Positions 1 through 10,233 of a stretch of DNA of 64,000 nt are shown piece after piece. How positions within the stretch are numbered: position 1 is the stretch's first letter; every line of letters begins with the position of its first letter. A program made the position numbers and the translations under genes. Source of the stretch: Cytophagales bacterium Ga0077538 (GTDB taxonomy: Bacteria; Bacteroidota; Bacteroidia; Cytophagales; Cyclobacteriaceae). Where the stretch lies: NCBI GenBank assembly GCA_001464155.1, contig LNEN01000305.1, positions 28,297-92,296 of the forward strand, in the 5' to 3' direction. The notes under the pieces were generated by a model that saw only the letters and a list, made by a program, of their open reading frames with translations, had not been told where the DNA came from and did no database searches.

Positions 1-1100
1 TTGCTATTATCAATGTTACTAATCACTTGAATGTAGAAAACTATAATAGTAACTTCTTTACTCATGGTTATGCTGCACGAGGAGTTCTTCATTTAAAAGG
101 GACTGTTACACAATCCCAATTAATGAATTTCCGTCGTCAGTTTTATAACACTATCTCAGGAACTCAACATGCTTGGAGAACTCCAATTGTTGCTGGTCTT
201 GATGAAGTTCAATGGGTACCAATGTCTGGTTCTGCGAAGGAAATGGAATACATTAACTTCAATAACCACTTAATGCGTATCCTTTGTGCACAATTCCAAA
301 TTGATCCAGTTGAATTAGGTCTTGATTACTTAGTTTCTGCTAATGGTAAATCTCCAGCTCAACAATCAAATAATGAATACAAGATTGAATATTCACGTGA
401 GCGTGGTTTATATCCAATCTTAATGTTCATGGAAGACTTAATTAATTCTGACGTTTTGCCATCTATTGATAAAGATATGGCAAATAAGTATCGTTTTGTG
501 TTTACTGGCTATACAGATGAGACTCCTCAAACTGAAATTGCCCAAATGCAAGCTGAGATGACTGTATTTAAGTCAATGAATGATCTTTTAATTCAATCTC
601 AAAAAGAACGAATTAAAACTCCTGCTGCAGATCTTCCATTAAATCAAGCTTTCTGGGCTTTGGTTGAAAAGAATATGACTAAAGGTGAGATTCGTGAAAC
701 ATTCTTTGGTGACAAAGGTGCTTCTCAACGTCGAGAACTGCAATACATTCCTGGTGATCCAGCATTTATGAGTTGGCAACAGACACTGCTTGCTATTGAT
801 AATGCTAAGAAGCAAGAAGCTCAAATGGCTGCTCAAGGTCAATCTGAAGCTCAACAACAAGCTATGGAAATGAAACTTAAAGAGCAAGAGCATGGTCATA
901 AAGAAGCTGCTCACGCTAGAGATCAAGAAAAGCATCAAATGGAAATAGAGCAACTAAAAGCTCAAGCTGCTGCTGATGCTGTTGGTCATGGTGGAAACGC
1001 TCTTCGCGATGCTGCTAAAAAGTTTGGTGCCTCTGGTGCATCTAACGTTGGTGGAAAAGTTATGGCTAATCCAATCAATAAATTAGACGATGAGAGTTAA
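1..1100 (+). CDS. Phage portal protein, C-terminal part (5' truncated by window)
   Basis: NFFTHG...RGVLHL, EMEY..., I CAQFQIDPVELG motifs typical of HK97-type portals; lies upstream of protease/scaffold/MCP. Confidence 0.85.
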   Translation, partial: AIINVTNHLNVENYNSNFFTHGYAARGVLHLKGTVTQSQLMNFRRQFYNTISGTQHAWRTPIVAGLDEVQWVPMSGSAKEMEYINFNNHLMRILCAQFQIDPVELGLDYLVSANGKSPAQQSNNEYKIEYSRERGLYPILMFMEDLINSDVLPSIDKDMANKYRFVFTGYTDETPQTEIAQMQAEMTVFKSMNDLLIQSQKERIKTPAADLPLNQAFWALVEKNMTKGEIRETFFGDKGASQRRELQYIPGDPAFMSWQQTLLAIDNAKKQEAQMAAQGQSEAQQQAMEMKLKEQEHGHKEAAHARDQEKHQMEIEQLKAQAAADAVGHGGNALRDAAKKFGASGASNVGGKVMANPINKLDDES

Positions 1101-1270
1101 AGAGTTATATATTGTAAACGATATGGTAGTCGACGAGGACTACCGTCTTGCTTATATAAAATTGCTTAAGGTACTATTTCGTCTAGAGATTATAGATAAA
1201 AGCCTAGCAATGGAACTCATTATGAAGTTTACACCGCTCTTTGTATAATCTCTTCTGATGAGGAGATTTC

Positions 1271-2131
1271 ATGGCATTAGTATTACTTGAAGGTTTAGAT
1301 CGCACAGGTAAATCTACCGTTGCCGCTTATTTTGAAACACTTGGTTTCGAAAAGATTCATCTTTCTGCTCCTGCTAAAGGAACCACTCCAGATCAATATC
1401 TACAAGATATGATTGATCTTGTTTCGTCTGCTGCAAATAAAGATATTGTAATGGATCGAACTCACTATGGTGAATTAGTGTGGCCACAAATCTATGGGCG
1501 TAAAGCTCTTCTTGATGAAGAGGCAATTGAGGCTCTTAGAGAAGTAGAAAATTCTGTAGGTGTTCAACGCCTATGGATGACAGATGATGACCTTAAGGCT
1601 CATTGGCAGCGTTGTGTAGATAATAAAGAACCTCTTGATAAGGCACAGTTTACTCGTGCACGAGGATTGTTTTCTTCAATTGCCAACCAATATGGTTTTG
1701 AAAAAGTCACACTACAGACGTTCCTTAAGCAATTTCCGGATGCTCAAGCGATTGTAGATGCACAAAAAGGTGCTGCACTAGAAAGTAAAACATTACAAGT
1801 AACTTCTTCTGGTGGTCAAACTACGACTACTGAAGTTGAAACGCCAGTTGCGCCAGTTAGTTCTACATCGGCTAAGTATCCACAAAAGTCACGTGAGCAG
1901 CATACTTTAGAGGTTGCAAACGCTATTAATGAAATTTTATCAAAACGTATCCTCAAATCAAAAGGAAACGTGTATGATGATATTGAAAACGAAATGCGCC
2001 ACTTCCTTCATACTAAATTAGGCAAGCTTTTAGGTGGCGGTTCAAATTCAAATGAACTTTCTTTAACTCAAGATGAAATTAAGTTTTACAAAACTATGTA
2101 TAAAAGAGCTAACGATAAAGGAGCTAACTAA
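1271..2131 (+). CDS. P-loop nucleotide monophosphate kinase-like protein
   Basis: LEGLDRTGKST Walker A and DRxHxxE motif of the dTMP-kinase family; SD GAGGAG. Confidence 0.75.
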   Translation: MALVLLEGLDRTGKSTVAAYFETLGFEKIHLSAPAKGTTPDQYLQDMIDLVSSAANKDIVMDRTHYGELVWPQIYGRKALLDEEAIEALREVENSVGVQRLWMTDDDLKAHWQRCVDNKEPLDKAQFTRARGLFSSIANQYGFEKVTLQTFLKQFPDAQAIVDAQKGAALESKTLQVTSSGGQTTTTEVETPVAPVSSTSAKYPQKSREQHTLEVANAINEILSKRILKSKGNVYDDIENEMRHFLHTKLGKLLGGGSNSNELSLTQDEIKFYKTMYKRANDKGAN

Positions 2132-2703
2132 TGAAGGGTTTTCGCGTACCACCTCAGAAATCTAAAAATGAAGAAATCAACTCACTTAAAACTGAGTTGG
2201 CAAACTTGCAAATGGCAGGTCGCATCTCTCAGATGATGACTCAACAGCTTATGCAGTCTGTTAAAACAATGTCAGAAGATTTAGGTTCTGCTCTTAATCA
2301 ACTTTATGAAGCGCAGTATAAACTGAATGCAGTTCAAAAACTTCTTAAACTAGATGCAGTTGAACTTAATAAGATTGGTAATGAAATGCGTCTTGCAGAC
2401 TTTGAAGAAGCTTCTGCGAAAGCCGATCTTAAAGATGGTCTTATTGCTGGAGAAGCTGTAGAAGCTGATAGCACTATCACTATTACTTCTGTTGCAAAAG
2501 ATGAACAAGGAAATGATCGCGGTATTTTCCGTTCTCGCCTTAAGCTGTCTGAATCTGGTGTTCCAGATTTGATTAATGGATTAGCTGGCAAAAAAGCTGG
2601 AGATAAGCTTTCTGTTAAGCTTAATGGAATTGATCATGAAGTTGAATTACTAAGCGTACGTAATCCTACTGCAGTCCAAGCCGCGGCGGAAGTATCTCAC
2701 TAA
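2131..2703 (+). CDS. Coiled-coil plus FKBP-like/GreA C-terminal-like domain protein
   Basis: N-terminal heptads; C-terminal GLAGKKAGDKLSVKL...EVELLSV resembles GreA/trigger-factor C-terminal fold. Confidence 0.5.
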   Translation: MKGFRVPPQKSKNEEINSLKTELANLQMAGRISQMMTQQLMQSVKTMSEDLGSALNQLYEAQYKLNAVQKLLKLDAVELNKIGNEMRLADFEEASAKADLKDGLIAGEAVEADSTITITSVAKDEQGNDRGIFRSRLKLSESGVPDLINGLAGKKAGDKLSVKLNGIDHEVELLSVRNPTAVQAAAEVSH

Positions 2704-2704
2704 A

Positions 2705-3109
2705 ATGGCTAATGAACCAGTCTCCAAAATGGACAAAAGGTGTCCTAGACGCCTTGAACAAATGCCGGATGACTGGTGCCCGCTTGCAGTGATGCGTCTA
2801 AAAGCTATTCGTAATGCTGGTCGTGAGTTAACTGAAGAGGAAGAAGCACTACTCCCAGGTTGTCCTTGGGCAGTTGATCATCAGTTGGCTCATTACTGTT
2901 TCTTTGAGTATTTATCAAAATTCACTTCAGAGAAATCTATATCTGATATAGAGTTAGCTGCACTTCTCAATGTATCTGTGGATACAATTAAAAAAATAGA
3001 AAAACAGGCCCTAGTTAAAATGAGAGAACATAAATCCTTTGCCAACCTTAAAGGTGATGGCCCAGTTGTCTCAGACTCAGATTCCCCCGACTATAAGATA
3101 TATCGCTAA
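2705..3109 (+). CDS. Stand-alone sigma-70 region 4-like HTH protein with Cys/His-rich N-terminus
   Basis: SDIELAALLNVSVDTIKKIEKQALVKMR matches the sigma region 4.2 pattern. Confidence 0.7.
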   Translation: MANEPVSKMDKRCPRRLEQMPDDWCPLAVMRLKAIRNAGRELTEEEEALLPGCPWAVDHQLAHYCFFEYLSKFTSEKSISDIELAALLNVSVDTIKKIEKQALVKMREHKSFANLKGDGPVVSDSDSPDYKIYR

Positions 3110-3135
3110 CTTAGAACCGTAGTATAATCTATGGT

Positions 3136-4791
3136 GTGGCTAAGAAACCTCTAGAAATTGACATGATTGCCGGCTCCCAGCTTAGGGACACACAGGGAGA
3201 AATGCTCTCCGTGGAAGGCGCTGATATATCTGAATTACAAGCTGGCCGTGGTCGTCTTAATGATAATCATGGAAAAGGCTTCTTTAATGCTATTGGTCGC
3301 GTAACCGATGCTAAAAAAATCTTTAAAAAAGAAGATTGTGAAAATGAAAGACAAGAGTATTACTGGAATAAAGTAAAAGCTCCTTTTATTTTTGTTAAAG
3401 GCTATCTATATGACGATGAAGATCATCCTAATGCTAGAGCAGCTGCCGCTATTTTAAGAAACATACATAAAACTGATACACCGCTACAGCTGAAAGCTTC
3501 AGTTGAAGGTGGAGTTCTTGCTCGTGGTGTTTCTGATAGTACGTTGCTTGCTAGAACTAAAATTCATTCGGTGGCGTTAACATTTACTCCTGCTAATAAC
3601 AATACCCTTGTTGAGCCTACCAGTCTTAAGAAATCAGAATACGATGAGGCTGCAGATATGCTTCTCATTAAATCTGTAGTTCATTTGGCTCAAACAAATG
3701 TACCTTCTTTCCGTCATATCGCTCGCGATGCTTCAGCTACAAAGGTTCAAAATAACCTTACAAAGCTTGTAGATCTTATGAGAGAGTTAGGAATTGAAGG
3801 AGAGATTACAATCCCCTCTAAACAGCAAATTCTAAATAAAGCTTTAGAGCAAAAAATTCAAACTAATATAGAATTAATAAAACAAAAGATGGCCGAATTA
3901 AAAGCAGAAGAGCTTGAAAAAGCTGGTATTAAAAATGCTTTAGCGGCTGCTGGCATGGGCGCTGCATTAGCAATGAGCCCATCAATGACTTCACAGAATG
4001 ATTCATCTCCAGTAGCACCTTCTGTACCTGCTGAAGCTCAAAAGCAAAAAGCTTCTATGCAGGAAGTATATAGCCGAGTATCAAAAGAGCACCCAATGCT
4101 TGGTGCAATTGGTATGAAAGAATCTTCTGGTGGAAAAAACCTTAATCATAAAACGATGAAAGGTGGAATTCACGATGGAATGACAGCTGGCGGACCATGG
4201 GGAATGATGCCACACTCAGCGGCATTTGCTATTAAAAAAGATAAAGATTTAGCAGAAAAGTACCCTAAGTTAGCAGAAATTGCAAATGATGTAGATAAAC
4301 ATCATAAGACATTTACAGATACATTCAATAATGATCCTGAAGCTGCAGCTGACTTTGCAATTTCAGCATATAAGAGAAATAAGAGCAAAACTAAGAGTGA
4401 CCATCAAATGGCTTATAGTTGGCTTAATGGTTTAAAAGGTTCTTGGAATAAGTATAAAGAAGGTGGCCAAGCTGCCCTAGAGCAACACCCTTATGTACAA
4501 GGCGTAATGTCTGAATATAAGAAGTTAAAAAGTGAAAAAGTTGAGCAAAAGAAACCACTTAAGAAAGCTATGACAGCTGGATATGGTGGAGCGGCGTCCC
4601 CTACGTCACGAGTTTCTGGCGCAGTAATCCAGAGTGAGTCCTTAGAACAAGGTCGACCTGGGTTTAAGTATATTTCGTGTGATAATTGTGGAAAAGAGCA
4701 AGTCCACTCTAAACACCAGGTAAAATGTAGGGAGTGTGGTCATGGTATGAGTTTTGAAAAGTTATACCAGGCTATGCGCGGTAATAAGTAA
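3136..4791 (+). CDS. Prohead protease fused to lysozyme/transglycosylase-like domain and C-terminal Zn ribbon
   Basis: RDTQGE, NDNH and ASVEG protease motifs; KESSGG...AGGPWGMMP SLT-like motif; CDNC...CREC; position between portal and scaffold. Confidence 0.75.
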   Translation: MAKKPLEIDMIAGSQLRDTQGEMLSVEGADISELQAGRGRLNDNHGKGFFNAIGRVTDAKKIFKKEDCENERQEYYWNKVKAPFIFVKGYLYDDEDHPNARAAAAILRNIHKTDTPLQLKASVEGGVLARGVSDSTLLARTKIHSVALTFTPANNNTLVEPTSLKKSEYDEAADMLLIKSVVHLAQTNVPSFRHIARDASATKVQNNLTKLVDLMRELGIEGEITIPSKQQILNKALEQKIQTNIELIKQKMAELKAEELEKAGIKNALAAAGMGAALAMSPSMTSQNDSSPVAPSVPAEAQKQKASMQEVYSRVSKEHPMLGAIGMKESSGGKNLNHKTMKGGIHDGMTAGGPWGMMPHSAAFAIKKDKDLAEKYPKLAEIANDVDKHHKTFTDTFNNDPEAAADFAISAYKRNKSKTKSDHQMAYSWLNGLKGSWNKYKEGGQAALEQHPYVQGVMSEYKKLKSEKVEQKKPLKKAMTAGYGGAASPTSRVSGAVIQSESLEQGRPGFKYISCDNCGKEQVHSKHQVKCRECGHGMSFEKLYQAMRGNK

Positions 4792-4878
4792 GTAACAACA
4801 TCACGTGTTTAAGTATAGGCACGTGGTATATTTAATAAATATTGAGTTCAACTCATATTGTAAAAGGAGATCATACTC

Positions 4879-5250
4879 ATGGCAAATTCTGCTGCAATTC
4901 TTCAAAAGCTAGCTCGCAATGCGAAGATGCTCGGATTGACTGTTAATTCACAAAGTCAAACGGCTGTCGTAATCGAAAATGGCACTAACGATATCACTAT
5001 CAGTTATGTTGACGCATCTTTCAGCCCTGCGGTTGTTGGTGGCGTTGATTCATCTGTTAGCCCATACCTTGGTATTGGCGTAGGTAACCCTGGTAAAGTT
5101 GCAATCACTTGCACAGATGCAGCACTTTCTGCAACTGGCATGAAAGTATTAGCAATGTGCGCAGCTCTTGCTAACGATCTTCAAGTATCGTTAAATGGAA
5201 CTGTAACTGTAATTCGTGGACATAGCGATATTATCGGCCTTGGTCAGTAA
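4879..5250 (+). CDS. Putative structural (head) protein
   Basis: Strong SD AAAGGAG, high-expression codon usage, first gene of capsid operon. Confidence 0.5.
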   Translation: MANSAAILQKLARNAKMLGLTVNSQSQTAVVIENGTNDITISYVDASFSPAVVGGVDSSVSPYLGIGVGNPGKVAITCTDAALSATGMKVLAMCAALANDLQVSLNGTVTVIRGHSDIIGLGQ

Positions 5251-5281
5251 TCTTTAACGGAAACTGACGAAAGGAGATCAC

Positions 5282-6001
5282 ATGGATAACAAATTACAAA
5301 AGAGTCTTACAGATCTAATCGATGAAACTCTTATGGAGCTAGACGAACTTCGTAAATCGAAATTCGCTGCTGCTGAGATCAAAATCGAAGGTCCAGGCGA
5401 TGGTATCGCTGGTAAGCCGTCTGATGGAAAGTTAGATGCTGCTAAAGCTGACGACGACAAAAAAGACGAAAAAGACGAAGACAAAAAAGACATGGATAAA
5501 GCTGAAGACAAGAAAGACGATAAAAAGTCTGACGAAGAAGAAGCTGAAGACATGGATAAAAAAGAAGACAAAGAAGATAAAGATGAGGACAAAGAACCTC
5601 ACAAAGACGACCCTAAGCATGAAGAAAAAGAAAAGAAGATTGCAAAAGACCTTCTTGACATGCACAAAGGTGAAATGAAAAAGTCTTTAGAATCTACTGA
5701 GTCTTTAATGAAGAGCTACGTTGAAGAGCGAGTAAAGCCGCTTGAAGACAAACTTTCTACAATCCTTGACTTAGTCAATAAGATTGCAGATGCTCCTGTT
5801 GCTCCTAAAGGTGCTACAGCAAGAACAACTCCTCTGTTGAAATCAGCGGATCAAGGTTCTGAACCATTGTCAAAAGCTCAAGTAGCTTCAAAACTATTTG
5901 AATTGAAAAAATCAGGTACTCGCGTTGATTCTTTAGATATTACTAAAGCTGAAATGGGACAAGACCTACAACAAATTGCTAAAAAATACGAGATTTCGTA
6001 A
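5282..6001 (+). CDS. Putative capsid scaffolding protein
   Basis: Highly charged D/E/K, helical, directly upstream of MCP, many LxK-S/A motifs. Confidence 0.7.
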   Translation: MDNKLQKSLTDLIDETLMELDELRKSKFAAAEIKIEGPGDGIAGKPSDGKLDAAKADDDKKDEKDEDKKDMDKAEDKKDDKKSDEEEAEDMDKKEDKEDKDEDKEPHKDDPKHEEKEKKIAKDLLDMHKGEMKKSLESTESLMKSYVEERVKPLEDKLSTILDLVNKIADAPVAPKGATARTTPLLKSADQGSEPLSKAQVASKLFELKKSGTRVDSLDITKAEMGQDLQQIAKKYEIS

Positions 6002-6019
6002 TCAAAGGAGAAAACGAAA

Positions 6020-7471
6020 ATGATGACAGACGCTGTTAATCAAATTCTATCAGGGCTAGATCAAGGTATCGTGTCTCAAGCAGACATCGAAAACCTTAAC
6101 AAAGCCATCACAGCCGGTTACGGCGGAGCTGGTAAACCAACAGACCTCACTTATGGTGGTGTCCTTCAAGCGGAATCATTAGAAGCTACATTGAAAAGTG
6201 TTACCTTCGACATGAAAAACTTGAAAATGTGGCCTGCAATCTCCGTTGATAAGGCATACAACTTGTTCGAGCAATATAACCGCTTGATCAGCTACGGGTC
6301 AGACTCTGCACCATATATTGGTGAGGGTGGAGCGCCGATCGAAGAAGATTCGACGTACGTTCGTGACGGACAAAAGATCGTGTTCTTCGGTACACGACGT
6401 AAAGTCTCTCACCAAATGACTTTAGTTCGCACAACTGTTGGTGACATCGTTGCGCAACAAGCTAAAGAAGGAACTATGCACCTTCTTAAGAACGTTGAAC
6501 GTGAAATGTATTGGGGTCATGCTCACTTCATTAACCGTCTTGACGGTTCAAACTCAGGATCTCCTGCTGATCTTCCACAGAACAGCATCGCGATGTCTGG
6601 TTTGTTACAACAACTTAAAAAAGGTGATTCAGACGTATTAATGCGTTCTGGTGACTTCGAAGGTTATGGCGATGCTCAATCTATCGCTCAAGACCTTGGT
6701 GGTAACGTAATTGCTCAAGACGACATCGAGCGTTTAGCAGTTATCGCATTGGAAAACTTCGGTTCTCCATCTGAGCTACACATCGAACCAGCTGCTTTGT
6801 CAGCGTTCGTAAAACAGTTCTATCCTCAGTTCCGTTCTGCTCCAGGTCTTGCTAACCAAACGGTTGGTTATGACGTGAACAAAATGACTACAACTGCTGG
6901 AACTGTAGACTTCAAGCCTAACTTGTTCTTGCGCCCTCGCGCTGGTGCTCGTGCTCTTGCGGTTTCCGCTCTTGCTCCTGCTCCTGGTTCATTCGCTGTT
7001 GCTTCAGCTGGTGCTGGTGCTGGTTCTGCTTACGCAGCCGGTGTTTACCAAATCAAGGCAACTTTAGTTAATGACGCTGGTGAATCAATCCCAGTTCAAG
7101 GTGCTGCTGCTACTATCACTGCTGGACAAAACATCCAGTTGACAGTAACAAACATGCCTGCTAACGTTAAGTACATCAAGGTGTTCTTATCTGCAGCTGG
7201 TGGCGCTGTTGGAACTGAAAAGTTCGCAGGTAACTTTGCAAACGCTGGAAACACTACTTATGTGTTAGCTGGACGTAAGCAAGCTGGTCTTGGTGAGGCA
7301 TTCTTGTTAGATATGTCTGCTGAGTGCATGAAGTTCAAGCAATTGGCTCCATTAAGCAAAATCAACTTTGCTATCGTTACGACTGCTCTTGAGTTCGCGA
7401 TTGTTATGTACGGAGCTTTATTCGTATATACTCCACGATTCAACTGCTTGTTCGAAAACGTAGGTAAGTAA
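6020..7471 (+). CDS. Major capsid protein (SPO1/A511-like, with Ig-like insertion)
   Basis: NKAITAGYG...LQAESLE N-terminus like herellevirus MCPs; biased codons; strong SD; followed by terminator. Confidence 0.9.
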   Translation: MMTDAVNQILSGLDQGIVSQADIENLNKAITAGYGGAGKPTDLTYGGVLQAESLEATLKSVTFDMKNLKMWPAISVDKAYNLFEQYNRLISYGSDSAPYIGEGGAPIEEDSTYVRDGQKIVFFGTRRKVSHQMTLVRTTVGDIVAQQAKEGTMHLLKNVEREMYWGHAHFINRLDGSNSGSPADLPQNSIAMSGLLQQLKKGDSDVLMRSGDFEGYGDAQSIAQDLGGNVIAQDDIERLAVIALENFGSPSELHIEPAALSAFVKQFYPQFRSAPGLANQTVGYDVNKMTTTAGTVDFKPNLFLRPRAGARALAVSALAPAPGSFAVASAGAGAGSAYAAGVYQIKATLVNDAGESIPVQGAAATITAGQNIQLTVTNMPANVKYIKVFLSAAGGAVGTEKFAGNFANAGNTTYVLAGRKQAGLGEAFLLDMSAECMKFKQLAPLSKINFAIVTTALEFAIVMYGALFVYTPRFNCLFENVGK

Positions 7472-7504
7472 TAATCAAATATTAGTCTTAAATGATTAAG
7501 TAAT

Positions 7505-7536
7505 AAAGGTCAAACGCAAGTTTGGCCTTTTTTATT
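7505..7536 (+). terminator. Rho-independent terminator after MCP
   Basis: AAAGGTCAAAC-GCAA-GTTTGGCCTTT hairpin plus T-run. Confidence 0.9.
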
Positions 7537-7565
7537 TCTATTTGTCGACATGGTAGAATAGAGTT

Positions 7566-8075
7566 ATGATGGAAATGCACGAGATAGAAGAACTTTGTAA
7601 GACAGTTAATCGTAATGCGATTAAGGCACTTCTTCGTAATGCAGCTATCATGAAAGATCCTGCAGCAACCCCAGAGATGAAGGCACAGGCCGAAGCTAAC
7701 GTAAAAGCAATCTCATACAATAAACCACTTCCTAAAGTTGGTGCTGCTCCAAGACAGAAAAAACAGAAAGCCGCTGCTGCAGAGCAAGCGACTCAACTTG
7801 TTCAAACACCACAACCGACGCAAACGCCGGTAGCAGCGGCATCTCCCGTTTCATCACAAGTACCATCTCCTAAGATGGAATTTCATCAAGAATTTGCACA
7901 ACACCATGGAGTTAATCCAGAAGCTTTTAAATCAACATGGAGCGCAATGACCCCTGAGCAACAAAAAGTTACCATGGATTGGCACACAGAACAACTTGCA
8001 AAGCCTAAATTAAAAGTTGCAAAAAGTCTTGATTCACTTTACGATCTCTTTTCTCAGCTTAAAAAACACCTGTAA
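7566..8075 (+). CDS. Hypothetical protein (leaderless)
   Basis: ORF; TG-G-TAGAAT 6 nt upstream of ATG. Confidence 0.6.
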   Translation: MMEMHEIEELCKTVNRNAIKALLRNAAIMKDPAATPEMKAQAEANVKAISYNKPLPKVGAAPRQKKQKAAAAEQATQLVQTPQPTQTPVAAASPVSSQVPSPKMEFHQEFAQHHGVNPEAFKSTWSAMTPEQQKVTMDWHTEQLAKPKLKVAKSLDSLYDLFSQLKKHL

Positions 8076-8103
8076 TTTCAAATAGCATCTGTATAATGCC
8101 TTT

Positions 8104-8778
8104 ATGAAAAAGGCAAAATATATTTGTTTAGAAGGAACTGAAGGTGTTGGTAAGACAACACAAACACAATTACTGGTTGATACGCTGAAAGCGCGAGGAT
8201 ACACCGTATTGCAAACAAAAGAACCGGGCACATCTCTTGTCCCTCTAACAATGATCTTGAGAGGGATCATGCTAGACAATCAATACGACGCGCAAATGAC
8301 GCGTCCAGCAAGAGAATTTATCTCTCAGGCAATTCGCTCAATTCACTTAGAGCAATTAGTTGTTCCAAATCTCGATAAGTACGATTTTATTATTCAAGAT
8401 AGAGGTATCTTGAGTGGATATGCTTACGGTACTGGCTGCGGCAACCAATTAGGTTTCCTAAAACAGCTTTCTGATGAAGTAGTTGGTTCAGCATCAACTG
8501 ACGACAATGGTTTCTCTCCATACGCTACAAAAATATATGATTCAGTAATATATCTTCGAGGAGACTCTAAGAAGGGTCTTGCAAAAGCTAAAGCAGCAAA
8601 ACAAGAATATGCTGCTGGTGATGCAATGGAATCAAAGGGCGATTCATTTATGGAACAAGTATCTTTTAATATGGATTTTATGTCTGAAAGCTTTAATACT
8701 GTTAGAATAGATGTTGACGGCAAGTCTATTGAAGAAGTACACAACGAGATTCTTGCCGGTCTTGGATTGGAGAAATAA
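8104..8778 (+). CDS. tmk: Thymidylate (dTMP) kinase
   Basis: LEGTEGVGKTTQ, TKEPG, QDRG..S..AYG motifs. Confidence 0.9.
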   Translation: MKKAKYICLEGTEGVGKTTQTQLLVDTLKARGYTVLQTKEPGTSLVPLTMILRGIMLDNQYDAQMTRPAREFISQAIRSIHLEQLVVPNLDKYDFIIQDRGILSGYAYGTGCGNQLGFLKQLSDEVVGSASTDDNGFSPYATKIYDSVIYLRGDSKKGLAKAKAAKQEYAAGDAMESKGDSFMEQVSFNMDFMSESFNTVRIDVDGKSIEEVHNEILAGLGLEK

Positions 8779-9605
8779 TGGCTAAGCAAAAGAAGAAGAA
8801 TCAATCAAAATTAGCAGGTCCTAGGGTTCTTCTATTTGATATTGAAACTGCACCAATTATTGCTCACGTTTGGTCTCTATGGGAGAACAACGTGGCTTTA
8901 AATCAAATCGTGTCTGATTGGCATGTCTTGAGTTGGAGTGCTAAATGGCTTGGTGATCCACCAGATAAAGTTATGTATATGGATCAACGTAATGCAAAAA
9001 ATATCGAAGACGATAAAAAGCTGTTACAAGGGATATGGGATTTACTCAATGAAGCTGATGTCGTTATTACTCAGAACGGCAAATCATTTGATACCAAGAA
9101 ATTAAACGCACGCTTTGTCCTTCAAGGCTTTCAGCCTCCAGGCAGTGTCAAGCACATTGATACTAAGATTATTGCAGGTAAAGTTTTTGGATTTACAAGT
9201 AATAAGCTTGAATATATGACTGATAAACTCTGCACAAAATATAAAAAACTAAAACATAAAAAATTCCCTGGCCACGAAATGTGGACACAATGTCTAGCTG
9301 GAAATCTAGAAGCATGGAAAGAGATGGAAATCTATAATAAATACGATGTTCTTTCTCTTGAGGAACTTTATCACATCCTAATTCCTTGGGACAATAGCAT
9401 AAATTTCAATCTTTATCATGATGAGGAAGATCACGTGTGTAAATGTGGAAGTACTGAATTTCATAAAAATGGTTTCTATTACACTAGTTCCGGTAAATTC
9501 CAAAAACACAAATGTAAACAATGTGGTGCTGAGCATCGCGATAAACAAAACTTATTCTCGAAAGAGAAGCGCGCATCCCTTAAAATGGGTACGCCGAAAT
9601 CATAA
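8778..9605 (+). CDS. DEDD/RNase H-like 3'-5' exonuclease with C-terminal Zn ribbon
   Basis: FDIET, QNGKSFD, YNKYDV motifs; CKC...CKQC. Confidence 0.85.
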   Translation: MAKQKKKNQSKLAGPRVLLFDIETAPIIAHVWSLWENNVALNQIVSDWHVLSWSAKWLGDPPDKVMYMDQRNAKNIEDDKKLLQGIWDLLNEADVVITQNGKSFDTKKLNARFVLQGFQPPGSVKHIDTKIIAGKVFGFTSNKLEYMTDKLCTKYKKLKHKKFPGHEMWTQCLAGNLEAWKEMEIYNKYDVLSLEELYHILIPWDNSINFNLYHDEEDHVCKCGSTEFHKNGFYYTSSGKFQKHKCKQCGAEHRDKQNLFSKEKRASLKMGTPKS

Positions 9606-9614
9606 GGATAAAAT

Positions 9615-10166
9615 ATGCACTTTAAAGAGCTTGAAACAAAATATTATGCCGATAACATCGATATGAATGATTTTATCAAGCTCGTCCAACCACTCAACCC
9701 TGAGTGGATTATGGTTAGCAGTTACGACGACTATTTCACAAATGAAAAAGACGAGTTTATTCGGTATAGATATCACGACCACATGGGTGAACTCACTATT
9801 AAGCGCAAAACAACAGATGCAAATAATAATAATCGTGTAGAGGTAAACGTACCTACAGATGGTAAATCTGCTGCCTCTATTGATGCTTTTTGCCAACTAT
9901 TGGGATATAAAAAGAACTTCTCCATCTTCAAAACCTGCAAGATTGCATTCCTTGAAAAAGCCGTACTTGTGTATTATGTAGTCTATGATGAGAACCTTAA
10001 TGAGAAGAAACGATTCATTGAGGTAGAAGCAAAAGAGACTTATAATTGGGCTTCAGAAGAAGAGGCCTGGGCTACAGTAGTAGAGTATGAAAACATGCTA
10101 GCCCCATTAGGTATCTCAGCTAAGAATCGACTTAAAAAATCATTGTTTGAACTATTCAAAAAGTAA
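9615..10166 (+). CDS. CYTH (triphosphate tunnel) domain protein
   Basis: ELETKY (ExExK), DDYF, IRYR, LTIK, FIEVE motifs. Confidence 0.8.
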   Translation: MHFKELETKYYADNIDMNDFIKLVQPLNPEWIMVSSYDDYFTNEKDEFIRYRYHDHMGELTIKRKTTDANNNNRVEVNVPTDGKSAASIDAFCQLLGYKKNFSIFKTCKIAFLEKAVLVYYVVYDENLNEKKRFIEVEAKETYNWASEEEAWATVVEYENMLAPLGISAKNRLKKSLFELFKK

Positions 10167-10233
10167 CCTTCCCGAAGTTTCAACTTCGGGTTGAGGTATA
10201 ATGTCTTCTATAGCCTAGCTTAGGAGACTTTTA

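Noticed and set aside
5278..5678. Alternative-frame and antisense ORFs over the scaffold gene and other long genes
   Set aside because: Shadows of low-complexity or biased-codon genes with no SD or motifs
10165..10197. Hairpins at 10165-10197 and 1122-1146 as terminators
   Set aside because: Stems are present but lack a convincing U-tract; left uncalled
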